A DNA stretch of 64,000 nucleotides from Cellvibrio sp. (lineage in GTDB: Bacteria > Pseudomonadota > Gammaproteobacteria > Pseudomonadales > Cellvibrionaceae), in assembly GCA_035481425.1 (NCBI GenBank), contig DATIGS010000250.1, positions 7,775 to 71,774 of the forward strand, given 5' to 3'. Both the position numbers and the translations under genes were made by a program. Under the pieces are notes generated by a model, which searched no databases, had not been told where the DNA came from, and saw nothing but the letters and a program-made list of their open reading frames with translations. Shown piece by piece: positions 17,329-26,770 of the stretch. Each line of letters starts with the position of its first letter. The stretch's first letter is position 1.

Positions 17329-18864
17329 GTGAATCCATCGGTATTACCGCTTTTTGCTGCCCTGATTGGGTTGGTAATTGGTGCCCTCAGTGTTTACTGG
17401 ATTATTGGTCGTCGCCTGGACCAGGCCGTGCTGGTCAAAACCCGCGAATTGGAATTATCCCAGCAGCAATTACAGCATGAACATGCTCTGCGCGAAGCAG
17501 CGTTCCAGCATGAAAGTAATCAGCTTAAACAGCAATTGGTCGACATCAAGGCACAACTCCATACTGCGCATCAACATAGCCATGAATTACAACAAGCGTT
17601 AAGTTCAGCACAACAAGATGCCGCGGCCTTGCGCGAAAAGACTCGCTACTTTGATGAGCTGCAACAGCAATCGTTGAGAAAGGATGAACAGCTGTCGGTA
17701 TACGCCAAAGATACCACTGAATTAAAAACCCGCTTGGAGCAAGAGCGGAAAAATTTCGCGGAACAATTGGCGTTATTACAAAATGCCAAAGCTGAATTGG
17801 CCAAAGAGTTCGAGAACCTTGCCAATAAAATTTTCGAGAGCAAGCAACAACAGTTCAGTGTTAACAGCAAAACCTTGCTTGATACCACGCTCGACCCTTT
17901 GAAATTGCAACTCTCGGAATTCCGCAAAAAAGTGGAAGACGTGTACGAAAAAGAAAACGCGGACCGCAATCGTCTTTCCGGACAAGTATTGGAGTTGCAA
18001 AAGCAAGCCCAAAAAATTGGCGAAGATGCAGTGAACCTGGCGCAGGCCTTAAAAGGTAATACCAAGACCCAGGGTAATTGGGGAGAGGTAGTGCTGGAGC
18101 GGTTGTTGGAAGAGTCTGGATTGCAAAAAGGTCGCGAATACGACACCCAGGTTAATTTTACCGGCAGTGATGGTTCACGTCTAATGCCGGATGTCATTAT
18201 CCATTTGCCAGAAAATAAAGACATTGTGGTCGATGCAAAATGTTCGTTGGTTGATTACGAACGTTTTTGCAGCGCGGAAGATGAAATTGAGCGTAAACAA
18301 TACCTGAATGCGCACATTAATTCGTTGCGCAACCACATTAAAAATTTAAGTATCAAGGATTATGAAAAACTGGATGGCATTAAGGCGCTCGATTTTGTGT
18401 TTATTTTCATCCCGATTGAAGCGGCATTTATGATTGCTTTGCAGCATGAGCCCGGATTGTACCGAGAGGCTTATGATCGCCACATTATCCTGGTTAGCCC
18501 CACGACACTTTTGGCAACCTTGCGCACGGTAGAAAATATCTGGCGCTATGAAAAGCAAAATAAAAACGCCGAGCGCATCGCTAAGGAAGCGGGCGCATTG
18601 CATGATCAATTTGTCATGTTATTGGAGTCGCTTGATGCTATTGGCAACTCCCTCAACAAAGCGCAGGAAGCCTACGCTAAAACGCGTGACCGTCTGCAAT
18701 CTGGTCGGGGTAATTTGGTCAAGCGAGTAGCGGACATTCGTCGCCTGGGCGCGAAAACCAAGAAGACTATCGCCGGTCATTTATTGGACGATGCGGGTGC
18801 AGAGTTGGAAACAGAAGATCTGCTACTCGATGTAGACCAAACCGATCAGGTTGACGGGCGTTAA
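17329..18864 (+). CDS. rmuC: DNA recombination protein RmuC
   Basis: N-terminal TM and coiled coil; QGNWGE, PDVIIHLP...VDAK, VSPTTLL. Confidence 0.93.
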   Translation: MNPSVLPLFAALIGLVIGALSVYWIIGRRLDQAVLVKTRELELSQQQLQHEHALREAAFQHESNQLKQQLVDIKAQLHTAHQHSHELQQALSSAQQDAAALREKTRYFDELQQQSLRKDEQLSVYAKDTTELKTRLEQERKNFAEQLALLQNAKAELAKEFENLANKIFESKQQQFSVNSKTLLDTTLDPLKLQLSEFRKKVEDVYEKENADRNRLSGQVLELQKQAQKIGEDAVNLAQALKGNTKTQGNWGEVVLERLLEESGLQKGREYDTQVNFTGSDGSRLMPDVIIHLPENKDIVVDAKCSLVDYERFCSAEDEIERKQYLNAHINSLRNHIKNLSIKDYEKLDGIKALDFVFIFIPIEAAFMIALQHEPGLYREAYDRHIILVSPTTLLATLRTVENIWRYEKQNKNAERIAKEAGALHDQFVMLLESLDAIGNSLNKAQEAYAKTRDRLQSGRGNLVKRVADIRRLGAKTKKTIAGHLLDDAGAELETEDLLLDVDQTDQVDGR

Positions 18865-18884
18865 TTGTTCAAGAGAGTTGTGTG

Positions 18885-19358
18885 ATGAGTGTGTTATCTA
18901 TTTTAATCATGATAGGCGCCGCAATTATTGTTGTGCTGTCTGTTATCGCTGGGCGTTTAGTCTACAAGGTCTACCAGCAAAAAAAGGCGCACGCTGCGAA
19001 GTTGCAGGCTATTGAAGAGGCTAATCAAAAAGCGCAGCGCGAACAGCGTGAATGGCTAAATAAAAGCATCCAGATTCTGGCGCATGCTGTTCACCAGGAT
19101 GAGTTGACGCTTACTGAAGCCAGTATTCGTATTTCGGGGCTGTTGGATTCACTGGATGTGCATGCCGATATCAAAGCCGAATTTTCAGCGTTTTATCAAT
19201 TACGGGAAAAAACCAGCCATATTCCTTATCTGGAAGCCTGGCAAAAGCTCTCCAGCGCAGAGCAGAACAAATATGACGTTGACCGGTTACGTCATGAGGC
19301 AACTTTCAACGATTTTGTAATAGATGCCGCAAAGCGTATACAAGGTCGGACTTTTTAA
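18885..19358 (+). CDS. DUF2489 family membrane-anchored protein
   Basis: N-terminal TM; SIQILA, LTEASIRI, HIPYLEAW. Confidence 0.75.
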   Translation: MSVLSILIMIGAAIIVVLSVIAGRLVYKVYQQKKAHAAKLQAIEEANQKAQREQREWLNKSIQILAHAVHQDELTLTEASIRISGLLDSLDVHADIKAEFSAFYQLREKTSHIPYLEAWQKLSSAEQNKYDVDRLRHEATFNDFVIDAAKRIQGRTF

Positions 19359-19370
19359 GGTTACACAGAA

Positions 19371-19883
19371 ATGATGGGCAATTTTATTTGTCGAGCCATG
19401 CAATTGCATGATTTGGTTGATGTCATTCGCATTCAGGCTGAAGCCTATATCGACGAAATTCTCGAAACCGATGAGGTAATTCATGCGCGGTTTGCGCAAG
19501 CCCCTGACACTTCATGGGTGGTTGAGCGGGCGGGTGAGGTTTGCGGATACCTGGTTGGCTATCAATCTACCGTGGGTGAGGTATCGCCATGGGGAAGTGA
19601 GTTCGCACATAAGCCGCAAGCAAGTGCGCTTTATTTGCATGATCTGGCAATTAGCAAATCGGCGGCTGGTTGCGGGTTGGGGTCTATGTTGGTGAATCAT
19701 GCGCTGATTGAAGCGCGCGAAAATGAATTGCGTTCGGTCGCGTTGGTATCGGTACAAAACTCCAAATCCTTTTGGCAGAAATTAGGCTTTAACGAATTTG
19801 CTTTGTCGGATGAAATACAGCAAAACAATCTTGCTTCCTACTCTGGTGCCGCAATTTATATGACGCGTGAACTGGGCTGTTAA
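19371..19883 (+). CDS. GNAT family N-acetyltransferase
   Basis: YLHDLAI...AGCGLG acetyl-CoA motif, LVSVQNSKSFWQKLGF. Confidence 0.85.
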   Translation: MMGNFICRAMQLHDLVDVIRIQAEAYIDEILETDEVIHARFAQAPDTSWVVERAGEVCGYLVGYQSTVGEVSPWGSEFAHKPQASALYLHDLAISKSAAGCGLGSMLVNHALIEARENELRSVALVSVQNSKSFWQKLGFNEFALSDEIQQNNLASYSGAAIYMTRELGC

Positions 19884-19942
19884 TTTCTATCGGCCCAGTA
19901 ATTATTTGTTTCCGGGCCCTACAGTCGCGATTAATTACGCAA

Positions 19943-21046
19943 TTATTTCTTCTTCAAGATAACACCACACTCCACATGGTGCGTGTAAGGGAATTGGTCA
20001 AAAATCGCAAAGGCTTGGATCTGGTGGGTTTGGGTAATGGCCTTTAGGTTTTCGCGCAAAGTATCCGGATTGCAGGAAATATAAAGAATATTATCGAAGC
20101 CTTGGGTAATGCTGGTTGTGTGCGGATCGAGGCCGGCGCGCGGTGGATCAACAAAAATAGTCGAGAATTGATAGTCCCCCAGGTTCACATGGCGCAGGCG
20201 ATTAAACTCGCGCACACCATCCATCGCTTGTGAAAACTCCTCACTCGACATGCGTGCGATTTGAATATTATCAATCTTATTCGCGGCGATATTGAACAAC
20301 GCTGATTCTACGGATGTTTTGGAAACTTCTGTCGCTAGTACTTTGCTGAAGTTTTGTGAGAGGGGCAGGGTGAAGTTGCCATTGCCGCAATACAGTTCCA
20401 ATAAATCACCGCCCAATCCTTCGCTGTTTTTTACTGCCCAATCAAGCATTGCTTCGCAGATACTGGCATTGGGTTGGGTGAAGCTGGCTTCCACTTGTTG
20501 ATAGGTGTATTGACGTCCTGCAACTGTTAATCGCTCAATCACATGATCGCGCTCAACCAACAGTCGCTGCTTGCGGCTGCGCCCGATAATATCAATACCC
20601 AACTTTTCTTTGAGTAATTTCGCTTTCGCTATCCAGTTTTCGTCCAGCGGTTTGTGATAAATCAACGTCACTAACGCTTCACCACTTTGGGTAGTTAGGA
20701 AGTCGCCTTGATAGAGTTTGCGACGCAACAAATCGTCATCATTAATTTCTTGTAAGACGCGTGGCATCAGCTGGTTCATCAGTGCTGAGCCTACGGGAAA
20801 CTCATGAATGGGATAGGGACGTTTGAATTCGTCCTGCGTGAACATGACATATTCTGTGCGCTCCTGTTGGTGCCATACACGAAACTCGGCACGCATACGG
20901 TAATGTTTTTCAGGAGAGCTGAATACGCTAATTTCTGGAAGTGAAAATTCGGCAAAATCGTGTTGGATTTTTGCGACTTTTTCAGCGAGCTGGTGTTGGT
21001 AAGCTGTTGTGGAAAAATCTGTGGGAGTCATACTGGGGCTCATCAA
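19943..21046 (-). CDS. trmA: tRNA/tmRNA (uracil-54-C5)-methyltransferase
   Basis: YRMRAEF, SFTQPN, LELYCGNGNF, VDPPRAG, YISCNP, DQFPYTHHVE. Confidence 0.96.
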   Translation of the reverse strand: MMSPSMTPTDFSTTAYQHQLAEKVAKIQHDFAEFSLPEISVFSSPEKHYRMRAEFRVWHQQERTEYVMFTQDEFKRPYPIHEFPVGSALMNQLMPRVLQEINDDDLLRRKLYQGDFLTTQSGEALVTLIYHKPLDENWIAKAKLLKEKLGIDIIGRSRKQRLLVERDHVIERLTVAGRQYTYQQVEASFTQPNASICEAMLDWAVKNSEGLGGDLLELYCGNGNFTLPLSQNFSKVLATEVSKTSVESALFNIAANKIDNIQIARMSSEEFSQAMDGVREFNRLRHVNLGDYQFSTIFVDPPRAGLDPHTTSITQGFDNILYISCNPDTLRENLKAITQTHQIQAFAIFDQFPYTHHVECGVILKKK

Positions 21047-21088
21047 ATAAAGGACAAGCCGCAGATTGCTGCGGCTTGGTATGAGCCA

Positions 21089-21835
21089 TTATAACTTCTT
21101 CGTCTCGCATTTACCCCATTCGCAAGTGATGATGCTTACCGCCTTTTCGCCGCAAAAGTTGGAATAAGCTTCTTGTGGCCATTGGTTGACGATGGTGAGT
21201 GTGTAGGCATCGGCGCAACTGGCTTCATTTGCTTTGGCGATATTGAAATAGCTTGTTCCCTGATTGGTGCCATAGAGTCCGCCGGCGAGCTGAGGGGCAT
21301 CGGCAATATTGAGATCGAGTGGCGCATGTGTAAGTAATTCGGCTTGATATGGGGCAATTAAAGGATCATTGGCCAATGGAACCTTATCGCCTTTGATTTG
21401 CGCCAATCTGAATTGACAGGTTTTTTGTTGGTTGACCGGGCTGCGTTGGCTTAGTGCCAGCTCCTTGGTCGCGCGTTCGCGCGCATCTAGCGCGAGTCGG
21501 ATTGCCTCAGGCGCAAGGGTACGGTTGTTGTAGGTAAACGTGTGATTAGCCTGCTGTTGGCTGTAGTAGCTATCGGCGGCAGCAACCAGTGTTGCATTGG
21601 TGTTGATCCAGGTTTGCTGGATGTCGATTGCATCAAGCTCGGTATCTCCACCTAATGCCATGCAAGTAGAAAACAGCGTGGAAAAATAAACTGTCTCGCT
21701 TAGTGTATGGGTCGCTGCTTTTTCCAGGCTGGTGGCATCAATAGTTGGAATTGGTTGGGTGGCGCAACCGTTTAATAGTGCGGTTGTAAGTGCAGCAGTC
21801 AGGGTAAAAAGGGACATATAATTTTTTTTGTTCAT
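21089..21835 (-). CDS. Putative Cys-rich lipoprotein
   Basis: Lipobox LNGC after a hydrophobic signal; six further Cys, four near the C-terminus. Confidence 0.75.
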   Translation of the reverse strand: MNKKNYMSLFTLTAALTTALLNGCATQPIPTIDATSLEKAATHTLSETVYFSTLFSTCMALGGDTELDAIDIQQTWINTNATLVAAADSYYSQQQANHTFTYNNRTLAPEAIRLALDARERATKELALSQRSPVNQQKTCQFRLAQIKGDKVPLANDPLIAPYQAELLTHAPLDLNIADAPQLAGGLYGTNQGTSYFNIAKANEASCADAYTLTIVNQWPQEAYSNFCGEKAVSIITCEWGKCETKKL

Positions 21836-21874
21836 TATTATCTCTCGGTAAACGATGAATTTAGTGATTGTTTG

Positions 21875-23377
21875 CTACTGTAAAGGTAATTGGATAATAA
21901 AATTACTACCTTTCCCCGGAGCAGTTTTTACATCAATCGTTCCCTGGTGGCGCTCGGTGATAATGAAATAAGAAACCGATAGTCCCAAGCCCGTTCCCGA
22001 GCCTAATTCTTTAGTAGTGAAAAAGGGCTCAAAAATGTGCTGCCGAATAGTATCGGTCATGCCGGGGCCGTTGTCCTGAACCTCGATCACAAGACGATTA
22101 TGTTGTGCATAGGTTTTGATCCAGATAGTTGGATTTTCTACCGTGCTATTGGCCAATGCTTGTTTGGCATTGCGTAAAAGATTCAGGAGTACTTGCTGCA
22201 ATTCGGGCGCCGATGCATGTAGAGGTGGAAGTGATTCTGCAAACTCGGTAATGATCTGTAATGCCTGATTATCCTGCACTTTAGGATAGCTGCTGCGATT
22301 GAGCGCAATAGTTTGCTCGATGAGATGCTTGATATCGACCAGGCTGGTTTTTCGTTGTGAATTATGGGAAAACTCCAGCATGTTGCGCACTATAGTTGCG
22401 GAGCGTTCACCCGCTTCGCGAATAGAGTCGAGCATTTGTGGAATTTCCCGCGCTTGCAAATAGGCATTTGCGTTTTGGAAATCGATACCCAACTCTTGTG
22501 CGCGAGTTTTATTGATGGGGAAATTTGCGTCTGTTCTGCGCGTAATATTTTGCACATTCTGCAAAATTACACTGAGTGGATTATTTATTTCGTGCGCAAT
22601 GCCTGCTGCTACCTCGCCAAGTGAATACATCTTCTCATTTTGTATCATCAGGTTTTCAATGGTGACTTTAAAGGTTACATCGTCCACGCGAATAACAGCA
22701 CCCTGTTGAGTGCTGGAAATCAAAGGATAAATAGTAATTTCAAAATAGCGCTTTTGTTCTTCTTCGTTACTTTGTGTGTGCTGTATTGAGTGTGGTTCGC
22801 CACTGCGGATGGCGGTTTTAATTACATCCAGCGTAACCGGGAAGCGCGGTAATAATTTTATTATTTGTTGACCAAGCGCATCATTGGAGAAAATTTCAAA
22901 CGTGTTCTCCGCGGCTGCATTCCAATGGGTTACTTCACCACTTGCGGTCACGCCAATAATAATCGACGGCATGGAGTTGATCATACTTTGCAGATAAAGC
23001 TTGGTCTCACGCAATTGTCGCCCGGTCTGTTCATGCCGTGCGACCTCGTCGATCAATAAATTATTTGTGGTATGCAGGCTTTCGGTACGCTCACGAATTT
23101 TTCCTTCCAGTTCTTTCTGTGATTCCTTTAATGCCTTGCGCGCGCGTTTATTGCTCAAGCGACTGCGTTGTAAACCAATAATTAACAGTGTTTGTAATAC
23201 AAGCAGCAGTATGACCACCATGCCCATCCAGGGGCTGGGGTCGTTGTGCGGGAGGCCTGTGAGAATAGAGTCGGCAGTCATAAGTGGGGTTAGTTGCTCT
23301 GGGTCGGGTATCGATAATCTACTCTTTGCTTTTGAATATATCGACTCGAATTCAATATGAGGCCTACATTTATCCAT
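21875..23377 (-). CDS. Orphan PAS-domain sensor histidine kinase (NtrB-like), single TM; start codon uncertain
   Basis: H-box GIAHEINNPL, N-box LQQVLLNLLRNA, DNGPG, IFEPFFTTK, GTGLGL. Confidence 0.9.
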   Translation of the reverse strand: MDKCRPHIEFESIYSKAKSRLSIPDPEQLTPLMTADSILTGLPHNDPSPWMGMVVILLLVLQTLLIIGLQRSRLSNKRARKALKESQKELEGKIRERTESLHTTNNLLIDEVARHEQTGRQLRETKLYLQSMINSMPSIIIGVTASGEVTHWNAAAENTFEIFSNDALGQQIIKLLPRFPVTLDVIKTAIRSGEPHSIQHTQSNEEEQKRYFEITIYPLISSTQQGAVIRVDDVTFKVTIENLMIQNEKMYSLGEVAAGIAHEINNPLSVILQNVQNITRRTDANFPINKTRAQELGIDFQNANAYLQAREIPQMLDSIREAGERSATIVRNMLEFSHNSQRKTSLVDIKHLIEQTIALNRSSYPKVQDNQALQIITEFAESLPPLHASAPELQQVLLNLLRNAKQALANSTVENPTIWIKTYAQHNRLVIEVQDNGPGMTDTIRQHIFEPFFTTKELGSGTGLGLSVSYFIITERHQGTIDVKTAPGKGSNFIIQLPLQ

Positions 23378-23453
23378 ATAGATGTATTTTCACTCACCAC
23401 TGATGAGTCTTTAAACGAATCAGAAAAAGTTTAAATATTTCAGAAAAAAGTGT

Positions 23454-23487
23454 TTGACAGCCAAGCCAGATTCGATAGAATGCGCAC
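23454..23487 (+). promoter_or_regulatory. Stable-RNA-type sigma70 promoter of the tRNA operon
   Basis: TTGACA-16 bp-TAGAAT, GCGCAC discriminator, A-rich UP-like region upstream. Confidence 0.8.
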
Positions 23488-23498
23488 CTCTCAACGAG

Positions 23499-23574
23499 GG
23501 GCGGTTAGCTCAGTTGGTAGAGCAATGCCCTTACAAGGCATGGGTCACAAGTTCGAGTCTTGTACCGCCCACCA
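23499..23574 (+). tRNA. tRNA-Val(TAC)
   Basis: GGGCGGT/ACCGCCC acceptor stem, anticodon arm ATGCC-ctTACaa-GGCAT, TTCGA loop, CCA end. Confidence 0.97.
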
Positions 23575-23633
23575 CATTTTTAGCTCTCATGAACAAGAGC
23601 ATTTAGTAACGATGATGGTGTTGAGAAATATGC

Positions 23634-23710
23634 GGACCGGTAGTTCAGTCGGTTAGAATGCCGGCCTGTCACGCCGGAGGTCGCGGGTTCGAGTCCCGTC
23701 CGGTCCGCCA
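23634..23710 (+). tRNA. tRNA-Asp(GTC)
   Basis: GGACCGG/CCGGTCC acceptor stem, CCGGC-ctGTCac-GCCGG, GGTTCGA, CCA end. Confidence 0.97.
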
Positions 23711-23719
23711 CTATTCAAG

Positions 23720-23746
23720 AAACCCGCACCTGTTGCGGGTTTTTTA
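23720..23746 (+). terminator. Terminator of the tRNA operon
   Basis: AAACCCGCA-cctgt-TGCGGGTTTTTTT. Confidence 0.85.
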
Positions 23747-23975
23747 TTGTCTGCGATATAGCCCTCAATCCTTTTTCTGCCTGCATATTTCCTTTTTTCC
23801 TGCCTTCCTTACCTTCGGTTATTAGCTAATTAGATTTAGGTATACACAAAATTGTAATCTGCAATTGGTAATTTGGGTTTCGAGGAGTAAAGTCCGTGAA
23901 CGGTCAATTGAATTGGCTGTCTTGGATAAGCGCATTGCCTCATCTTAAGTCCTTCTTTTAAAGGAGTAACAACCC

Positions 23976-24059
23976 ATGCAAGACTACATTGAAGATCTGT
24001 TGGATGTTCTATACGACGATTCTGATGATGAAATTACTGAAGATTACTCAGATATCTAA
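23976..24059 (+). CDS. Small acidic ORF, 27 aa: MQDYIEDLLDVLYDDSDDEITEDYSDI (below the ORF-track cutoff)
   Basis: AAGGAG at 23961-23966, ATG 23976, TAA 24057-24059; 12 D/E, no K/R/H. Confidence 0.55.
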   Translation: MQDYIEDLLDVLYDDSDDEITEDYSDI

Positions 24060-24332
24060 CCCGGGCTGCTGCAGCATTGTGCTGCAAGGCTCGTGGTAAA
24101 TTCCGCTCGCCTTTGTATTTTCCACTTTAATCCTTCCTTCATAACTGTTTGTCTACTTCGCCAAGCTCTCTATAACTAGTGGTTTTTGATGACACTAGCG
24201 GTGCCGGTAATTTACGTGGAGTAGGCCGCAAATCCTGCTAAAAGTCGCGCCTGCGGGTTGTTCTTCACTGATTAGTGGCGGTTGTTTTCATATACTGCAA
24301 GTAATCTTCCGCTTGGTTTGAGACGACTTTCT

Positions 24333-25703
24333 ATGTCCAATTCCCCTACAGAGCAGCTCGAAGCGGTCTTTCTTTTTCAGGAAGGGCAAATTTCCCGTGA
24401 GTTACTCTATCCCGAGTTTGAAGCCATTCTCGACGGGTTTATCCCTGTCCCTGATTATGCCAGCGCATCGGCGAAAGCGGCCTATGTACAGGTTGATCAC
24501 TCTCTTTGTGTAACCGGAATAGTTTTTTTTCTCTTGGGGTTTGATGCGAAGGGAATGGTTGACCGACGCTGGAATGTGCCATTGCGTCAACTCATTGAAG
24601 CTGCGGGCACTGGGCCGGATATGGGAGCGGGAGCTATTCGTCTGGCTTGTTATAGCCAGTGTCCAGTGGCTTGGCACCAAAAGAATTTGTGGGATCCGTT
24701 AATGCAGCGCGGCAACAATAGTTTTGTGGCCATGCGCAAAGCGGTGAAGGCCAATCGTCTGGGGTTGATCGTTAAGCCCCCAGTGATCGAAGAGGTAAAG
24801 CCTGTTGCACCTGTTGTGGCTTTACGCTCCTTGCAGGAGGTGGAGCAAGAGCAACTCGCGTTGGAGCAGAAGCTACATGACCACTATACCCAGGAGCTGC
24901 GCGATAAGATGGCGATGCTCATCAAGGAGCAGCGTCTGCGGATTGCCACTTTGGTGAATCAGCATCAGACCAAATTTCACGGTATCCAACACGAGCATCA
25001 GCAGAGGTTGTTAGCCTATCAGCAAAAACATCAACAGCTGGAGCAACAAAATAAAGAACTGGTTGAGCGCAATCGCCATCTCAAAGATTCACTGGATGTA
25101 CAGGCAACCAAAATTGAAGGTATGCGCGAGTATTTTGCGCACAAGCTCAAAGCCGCACAGCAAGATGAGTCCAGCCAAGTGCAAGTATTGCAGGAAAATT
25201 TTTCGCTGGAACTCGATGCAAAAATCCGTGCTGCCACCGCGGAGTTGCGTGAGATGTTGGATATGCGCGAGGTCGAGCTTTTTTATCGTCATCAAAATGA
25301 AAGCGCTTTGAAAGATGAGATTGTGAATCTCAAGCGCGAAAATCAGCAGCTGTTAAAAAATAGTGGCGATCAATTGTTGGGGCGCTTGACCAAAGCGGGC
25401 GTCAATCTTGTTGTTTTCTTGCCGGGGCTTGGCGAGGTTGCTATAGCCCTGGATGATATTGGTCGTTATCTTGAAGATCAGCAAGCTTATGCAGCCGACA
25501 AAGCTGGCGTAAGTGAAGCTATTTACAGTGCCTGGTTAGAGCACCATCAATCTCCCTGCTGCAATGCGGTTGATGCACGCGGTCATGTTTGCGGTAGAGC
25601 GGTTCCTGCCATTGAAACTCCGTTAGAATTCCACTCCGGCGAAAGCGACCGCTGTGCGCAGCATCAAGCGGTGGCTTATTCATTGGTGGCGGAGCGACGT
25701 TGA
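24333..25703 (+). CDS. Uncharacterised coiled-coil protein with Cys/His C-terminus
   Basis: Globular N-domain (IRLACYSQCP), long Q/E coiled coil, C-terminal CC...VCG...DRCAQH. Confidence 0.8.
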   Translation: MSNSPTEQLEAVFLFQEGQISRELLYPEFEAILDGFIPVPDYASASAKAAYVQVDHSLCVTGIVFFLLGFDAKGMVDRRWNVPLRQLIEAAGTGPDMGAGAIRLACYSQCPVAWHQKNLWDPLMQRGNNSFVAMRKAVKANRLGLIVKPPVIEEVKPVAPVVALRSLQEVEQEQLALEQKLHDHYTQELRDKMAMLIKEQRLRIATLVNQHQTKFHGIQHEHQQRLLAYQQKHQQLEQQNKELVERNRHLKDSLDVQATKIEGMREYFAHKLKAAQQDESSQVQVLQENFSLELDAKIRAATAELREMLDMREVELFYRHQNESALKDEIVNLKRENQQLLKNSGDQLLGRLTKAGVNLVVFLPGLGEVAIALDDIGRYLEDQQAYAADKAGVSEAIYSAWLEHHQSPCCNAVDARGHVCGRAVPAIETPLEFHSGESDRCAQHQAVAYSLVAERR

Positions 25704-25743
25704 AATTCGATGGCTGCTCGATAAAAGTGGAGCGGTAGTTGGT

Positions 25744-26706
25744 GTGGAAAATGAACTCTTGGATACTGATGTATTAACTTTTGATCTGTTGAAAGTCGCT
25801 TGTGAGGTTCCTGTCCAGCGGGTAGAACTAAAGATGTTTGCCGATGCAGGTATCGAGCTGTTAGTGCGTAGGGATGATGCGGTTGATCCGGAGCTGTCAG
25901 GCAATAAATTTTATAAATTATTTTTCAATTTGCAGATGGCGCGTAAGCAGGGATGTAATTTGCTTTTAAGTTTTGGTGGCGCCTATTCCAATCATTTGCA
26001 TGCTTTGGCGGCGGCTGGAAAACGCTTTGGTTTTGGCACTGTGGGCGTGGTGCGCGGCGAGCGCCCAGCGAAATTAAGCCCAACGCTCAGTGATGCTGAG
26101 GCTTGGGGCATGAAGCTTGTTTTTATCAGTCGTGCAAATTATCAGAATAAAAGTGAGCCGGAATTAATTGCTGATTTGCGAGCCAGATTTGGCGATTTTT
26201 ATCTTATCCCTGAAGGTGGTGCTAATCATGCAGGTGCGCGTGGCATGCAGCTGCTGGGACGGGCGCTAGAGCAGCAATTGAAAGGTGACTATACTGCAGT
26301 GTGCATCGCTTGCGGAACCGGTACGAGTTTGGCCGGGCTGGCGGCGGGAATTGATTTGGCGAAGCCCGCGGTTGGTTTTTCGGTGTTAAAAGGTGTAGGG
26401 AATTTGGGGGTCGATATATCGGCAATGTATCGCCAGCTTCGTGCTCCGGACGCAACGGCAAGTTGGCATTTAATATCGGGATTCCACGCGGGCGGCTACG
26501 GCAAAAAACACCCTGAATATCTGTCGCAATTTTGGCGAGAATTTGAGCGAAAAAGCGGTATACCACTTGACCCTGTTTATACCGTAAAAATGCTATGGGG
26601 AATTAGCTGCCTTGCACAGCAGGGTTATTGGCCGCGCGGTTCGCGTATTGTTGCGATACATTCCGGTGGCCTGCAGGGGCGTCGAGGTTTTGCTTGCCCG
26701 GCGTGA
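25744..26706 (+). CDS. PLP-dependent ACC deaminase/D-cysteine desulfhydrase family protein (start uncertain)
   Basis: SGNKFYKL (PLP Lys), FGGAYSNH, IPEGG, GTGTS, LDPVYT, HSGGLQG. Confidence 0.88.
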   Translation: MENELLDTDVLTFDLLKVACEVPVQRVELKMFADAGIELLVRRDDAVDPELSGNKFYKLFFNLQMARKQGCNLLLSFGGAYSNHLHALAAAGKRFGFGTVGVVRGERPAKLSPTLSDAEAWGMKLVFISRANYQNKSEPELIADLRARFGDFYLIPEGGANHAGARGMQLLGRALEQQLKGDYTAVCIACGTGTSLAGLAAGIDLAKPAVGFSVLKGVGNLGVDISAMYRQLRAPDATASWHLISGFHAGGYGKKHPEYLSQFWREFERKSGIPLDPVYTVKMLWGISCLAQQGYWPRGSRIVAIHSGGLQGRRGFACPA

Positions 26707-26770
26707 TCTGTGTTGGGGTGATGTGAACTCCTTATCTTAAGTTGTCGCTTTCATGTTGAAGGATGTTGTT

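Noticed and set aside
23450..23656. 68-aa ORF in the track
   Set aside because: It overlaps the promoter and both tRNA genes.
23711..24332. Genomic island integrated at the tRNA 3' end
   Set aside because: No integrase and no duplicated tRNA 3' end noticed; the flanking genes look like core genes.
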